A stretch of 52,569 nt of DNA, counting the filler, from Trypethelium eluteriae (lineage: Eukaryota), in NCBI GenBank assembly GCA_051942245.1. It is 2 parts of 2 records of this genome, joined end to end, with 100 filler letters (N's around TTAATTAATTAA, not from the genome) between each part and the next. Parts side by side here need not be neighbours in the genome. Positions count along the whole stretch, not along the records: positions 26,358 to 52,569 come from JAVECL010000359.1; 1 more part is not named here. One strand, written 5' to 3'. The notes under the pieces were generated by a model, which was given only the letters and a program-made list of their open reading frames with translations, was not told where the DNA came from and searched no databases. Numbering within the stretch: position 1 is the stretch's first letter; each line of letters opens with the position of its first letter. Below are positions 49,001-52,569 of the stretch, one piece after another. The translations under genes were made by a program, and so were the position numbers.

Positions 49001-50807
49001 GGTTGACAACGCCGGTGGGAAGAAAAAGACGATCAAAGACTTCACAGTAAGCTTGTGGACAAAATCCCTGAGGAAATACGAGGAAATTAAACCGTATGAC
49101 GTGAAGCAGCCTGTTCTCCGTGCTGAGAGGATGATGGAGCGGCGGAACCTGCTCGATGCTCCTGCTAACCATCAAAAAGAGTCTCGAGCGACAGCATACA
49201 TAATTCCGCAGCCCCTCAAACGCTCATCTTTGTCTACCCGCGCTGTGGCGATGATACTGACAATTCCTTGCATTATCCATCGTCTAGAGTCTTACCTCAT
49301 TGCGTTGGAGGCTTGCCAGTTACTCGGGATTAGCATACCGCCTGGTCTAGCTCTTGAGGCACTCACAAAGGATAGTGACAATACCGATGAGCATGAAGAG
49401 ATGCAAATTCGTTTTCAACGTGGAATGGGTAAGAACTATGAACGACTCGAGTTTCTGGGGGATTGTTTCCTGAAGATGGCGACATCGATAGCAGTTTACA
49501 CGCAGAACCCCGACAACGATGAATTTGAGTTTCACGTCAAACGCATGTTGCTCATTTGCAATCAGACATTGTTTGAGCGCGCCAGAGACCTTCAGATTAC
49601 GCGATATGTCCGCAGCCAGCCCTTCTCTCGCCGATTGTGGTACCAGGAAGGTCTCAAGCTCATCCGGGGTAAAAAGCTTGGCAAAGAAGGTGAAAAGCAT
49701 GAACATTCCCTTGGAGACAAAACTGTCGCCGACATTTGCGAGGCTCTGATCGGAGCGGCGTTCCTCGCGCACAATAAGCAAAATTCCTGGAGCCCTGAAT
49801 CCTGGAGGAATGCTGTTCACGCAGTAACGACCTTTGTCTCTAGCGAAGAGCACTCTCAACACAAATGGGACGATTACCTTGCAGGCTACATCCGACCCAA
49901 GTGGGACGGCCGCAATTTTTCTGCTGCTCAGCTTCACCTTGCGGAGAAAGTTGAACGTGAACATCCTTACCATTTCCACTCTCCAAAGATACTACAGGTT
50001 GCCTTCAAGCACCCTTCGTATCCTCGTGCATGGCTTGACTTACCTTCTTATCAACGTCTTGAATTTTTAGGGGACTCGCTCCTGGATATGGCTTGTGTGA
50101 CGCACTTGTTTTACCGCTATCCGACCAAAGACGAACAGTGGCTCACTGAACACAAAATGGCCATGGTCTCAAATCGATTTCTCGGAGCACTTTGTATCAA
50201 GCTAGGCTTTTACAAACACCTCTTGGCTCATCACGATGCCATCAAAGCGCAGGTGTCCGACTACGAAACCGATGTGATGGAGGCAGAAAAGTTAGGAAAC
50301 GGGACCAAAGACTACTGGACTGCTGTAAAATCGCCACCCAAGTGCCTTCCTGATATTGTTGAAGCCTACGTCGGCGCAATTTTTGTCGACAGTGAATTCG
50401 ACTACAATCAGGTACAGCGGTTCTTCGACATGCACATCAAACCTTTCTTTGAGGACATGACTATTTATGATAGCTTTGCGAATGACCATCCGACCGTCCG
50501 GCTGCATCACTTGCTCGACAATCTGGGTTGCACCAGATATCGCCTCATGGCCAAGGACACGCCGTATGATGAAACAAGGACTTCAACTTGCATTGCTGCG
50601 GTGATGATTCACGAGAACATCATTGGAAAGGGAACGGCAGCAAGCGGAAAGAATGCCAAGGTGAAGGCAAGCAAGGACGCGCTAACAAAGATTGAAGGCT
50701 TGGCAAGATTCGAATTTCGACACAAGTTCAAGTGCGACTGCAGTCAAACCAGTGCTGCGAAGCTGGGGCGAGGGGATGTCGGAGGAGGTCAAGATACTGC
50801 GGTTTGA
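46040..50807 (+). CDS. DCL1: Dicer-like protein 1; introns ~46526-46570, 46837-46890, 47002-47054; alternative in-frame start 45698
   Basis: [43 protein letters not shown], dimerisation and PAZ-like regions, RNase IIIa ERLEFLGD...[10 protein letters not shown], RNase IIIb QRLEFLGD...[10 protein letters not shown], dsRBD with terminal CDC. Confidence 0.95.
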
Positions 50808-51325
50808 TCATTGTCCATTGCCAGGTCCAGCAGCGTCACTATGATTGCTAAGACTTCGGTCCGGTAATGAGCACTCATAAGCGAGGCGTTTGGGTTTAGT
50901 TGTGGAGTTGGGAAAGAGCGATAGATGACGGGAGCAGATAACATACTGGGTAGGTAGAGCTTTGATACCCCATTCAGCTAGGTGGCTATAATAGCACTTC
51001 ACATGATGCTTGACCCGTTACTGTTGGGGCCACTAATGAAGCGCGATCAAAGAGATGACTGCAGGGCCCCCACCAGTGTGACCCACCATGCCACCATATC
51101 GCGGAGTTTTCCCCGCCTTGCTCTATCATGACTCTTTGTTCCCACGGCGCCAGAGCAGGGTCACCAGTGTCATCGACCAGAGGCAATAAGCCGCTTGTAG
51201 ACTATTACTGTAGGGCGCTCTCGTGCCGCTATCTATGCTTAGCAAGGTAGGATTTATGATGGATTTCTCATATTCTCACGCGTCTTTGTTCCTCTCATGT
51301 TTTTTTCAATCACCACGTTCAATGC

Positions 51326-52531
51326 ATGTCGATAATGTCACAGCAGCCACAATCATCCATCACTCATCCTGGAAGCTCGGATCGGTCAGCATGGCCACAT
51401 CTCGCCCCTTCCTCAAGCCTTAGCTCAATTGCTCAAGCTGCAATCGAGCAAGATATCAAAGATACGCAGGACACTGTACCCGAAGACGTCGATGTCGATT
51501 TCGGGCAAGAGGCCGATGGCCTGCTCCTTCCGACAAATTCTCGACAAGATGCTTCAGATCAACGTCATTCGCTAGTCGGCTCGTATCATCATCCCACATA
51601 CCTCGGGGGTGTCAATTGTCCCCCATTTAGTGCCTCTACCTCTTTCCCTCAACGTAAATATATCACCGAACAGGAGCAAAGTGAAGCATTGACCCAAGAG
51701 CGGGATCTTCTCAGAGACAATCAACTCATACCACCAGAGCGACCTCTTATACGCCGCGGCTCTTCTCGATCAAGTGCAAACCCCAGAAAACCCTCTGATC
51801 ACAGATACTCGTCAATCCCGTCGATGAAGAGCAAAGATCAACTTAGGGACGAAGAACCAACAGTGACAGAAGCCTCTACTCCGGACGAGACAAGCGCACT
51901 TTTAGGAAGAGCTCCCAGCCGACCCAATGGCAACTCCGACGAACAACCTCTGGATCACAAATGGGAGGAGGCCTTTACAAAGGGCAAGATACAAACATCG
52001 TGGCAACGCGAAACTAAAGTCCTATTCCAATTCTCCCGACCTCTCATAATAACCTTTATCCTTCAATGGTCTCTCACGCAAGCCAGCGTCTTCACAGTTG
52101 GCCACATCGGCAAAAAGGAGTTGGCAGCAGTGAGTTTAGGATCCATGACGGCGAGCATCACTGGATATGCCATCTATCAAGGGCTCGCCACCAGCCTCGA
52201 CACACTCTGCGCACAAGCCTACGGCAGCGGTCATAAGCATCTGGTAGGTCTCCAAATGCAAAGAATGGTGGTCTTCCTCTGGGCCATTACCATTCCCATA
52301 GCCATCGTTTGGGCCAGCGGCACTCAGATTCTAAAAGCTATCATACCCGACAAGGAAGTTGCTGAGCTTGCAGGCCTTTACCTCAAGATCCTCATTGCTG
52401 GAGCTCCCGGCTACGCTGCCTTCGAAAGCGGCAAACGCTTCTGCCAAGCCCAGGGTCTCTTCTCCGCAAACATGTACTGTCTGCTCCTCTGCGCCCCTCT
52501 CAACGCCCTCCTACACTACCTCTTTGTCTGG
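51326..52531 (+). CDS. MATE-family efflux transporter (Erc1-like), first exon; gene runs off the window
   Basis: Manual translation gives KWEEAFTKGKIQTSWQRETKVL, VFTVGHIGKKELAAVSLGSMTASITG, GLATSLDTLCAQAYGSG; GTAAGT donor at 52532. Start codon approximate. Confidence 0.92.
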
Positions 52532-52569
52532 GTAAGTCCCCTCTTTCCATCCCCTCTCCACCCCAATTT

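Noticed and set aside
1..52569. CRISPR arrays, tRNA/rRNA genes, secondary-metabolite core genes
   Set aside because: No regularly spaced repeats, no cloverleaf or rRNA signatures recognised by eye, and no PKS/NRPS/terpene synthase motifs.

Overview
A eukaryotic, intron-containing, gene-dense fungal window (filamentous ascomycete/Pezizomycotina by gene structure and protein style). It is split by an artificial 100-bp scaffold linker at 26258-26357. It carries about 19 protein-coding genes: AP180/ANTH clathrin adaptor, a 791-aa protein of unknown function, mitochondrial Asp-tRNA synthetase, a divergent cyclase-family hydrolase/SDR pair, a large secreted protein with Kex2-type sites, plasma-membrane H+-ATPase, a secreted lysozyme/SLT-like protein, TFB4, GH35 beta-galactosidase, TRM2, MRPS5, DAD3, an SGNH esterase, TAP42, a GH79 hydrolase, Dicer-like 1 and a MATE transporter. 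DAD3 and the MATE gene are absent from the ORF track. The most striking non-genic signal is a ~180-190 bp whole-length palindromic (fold-back, MITE-like) element flanked by TA, present twice about 39.7 kb apart; one copy lies upstream of Dicer. Other notable items are an orphan ferric-reductase C-terminal relic, a decayed reading frame weakly resembling a MAT1-1-1 N-terminus, and a dense PacC-motif cluster upstream of the H+-ATPase. All family assignments are from motif recognition by eye; no searches were run.
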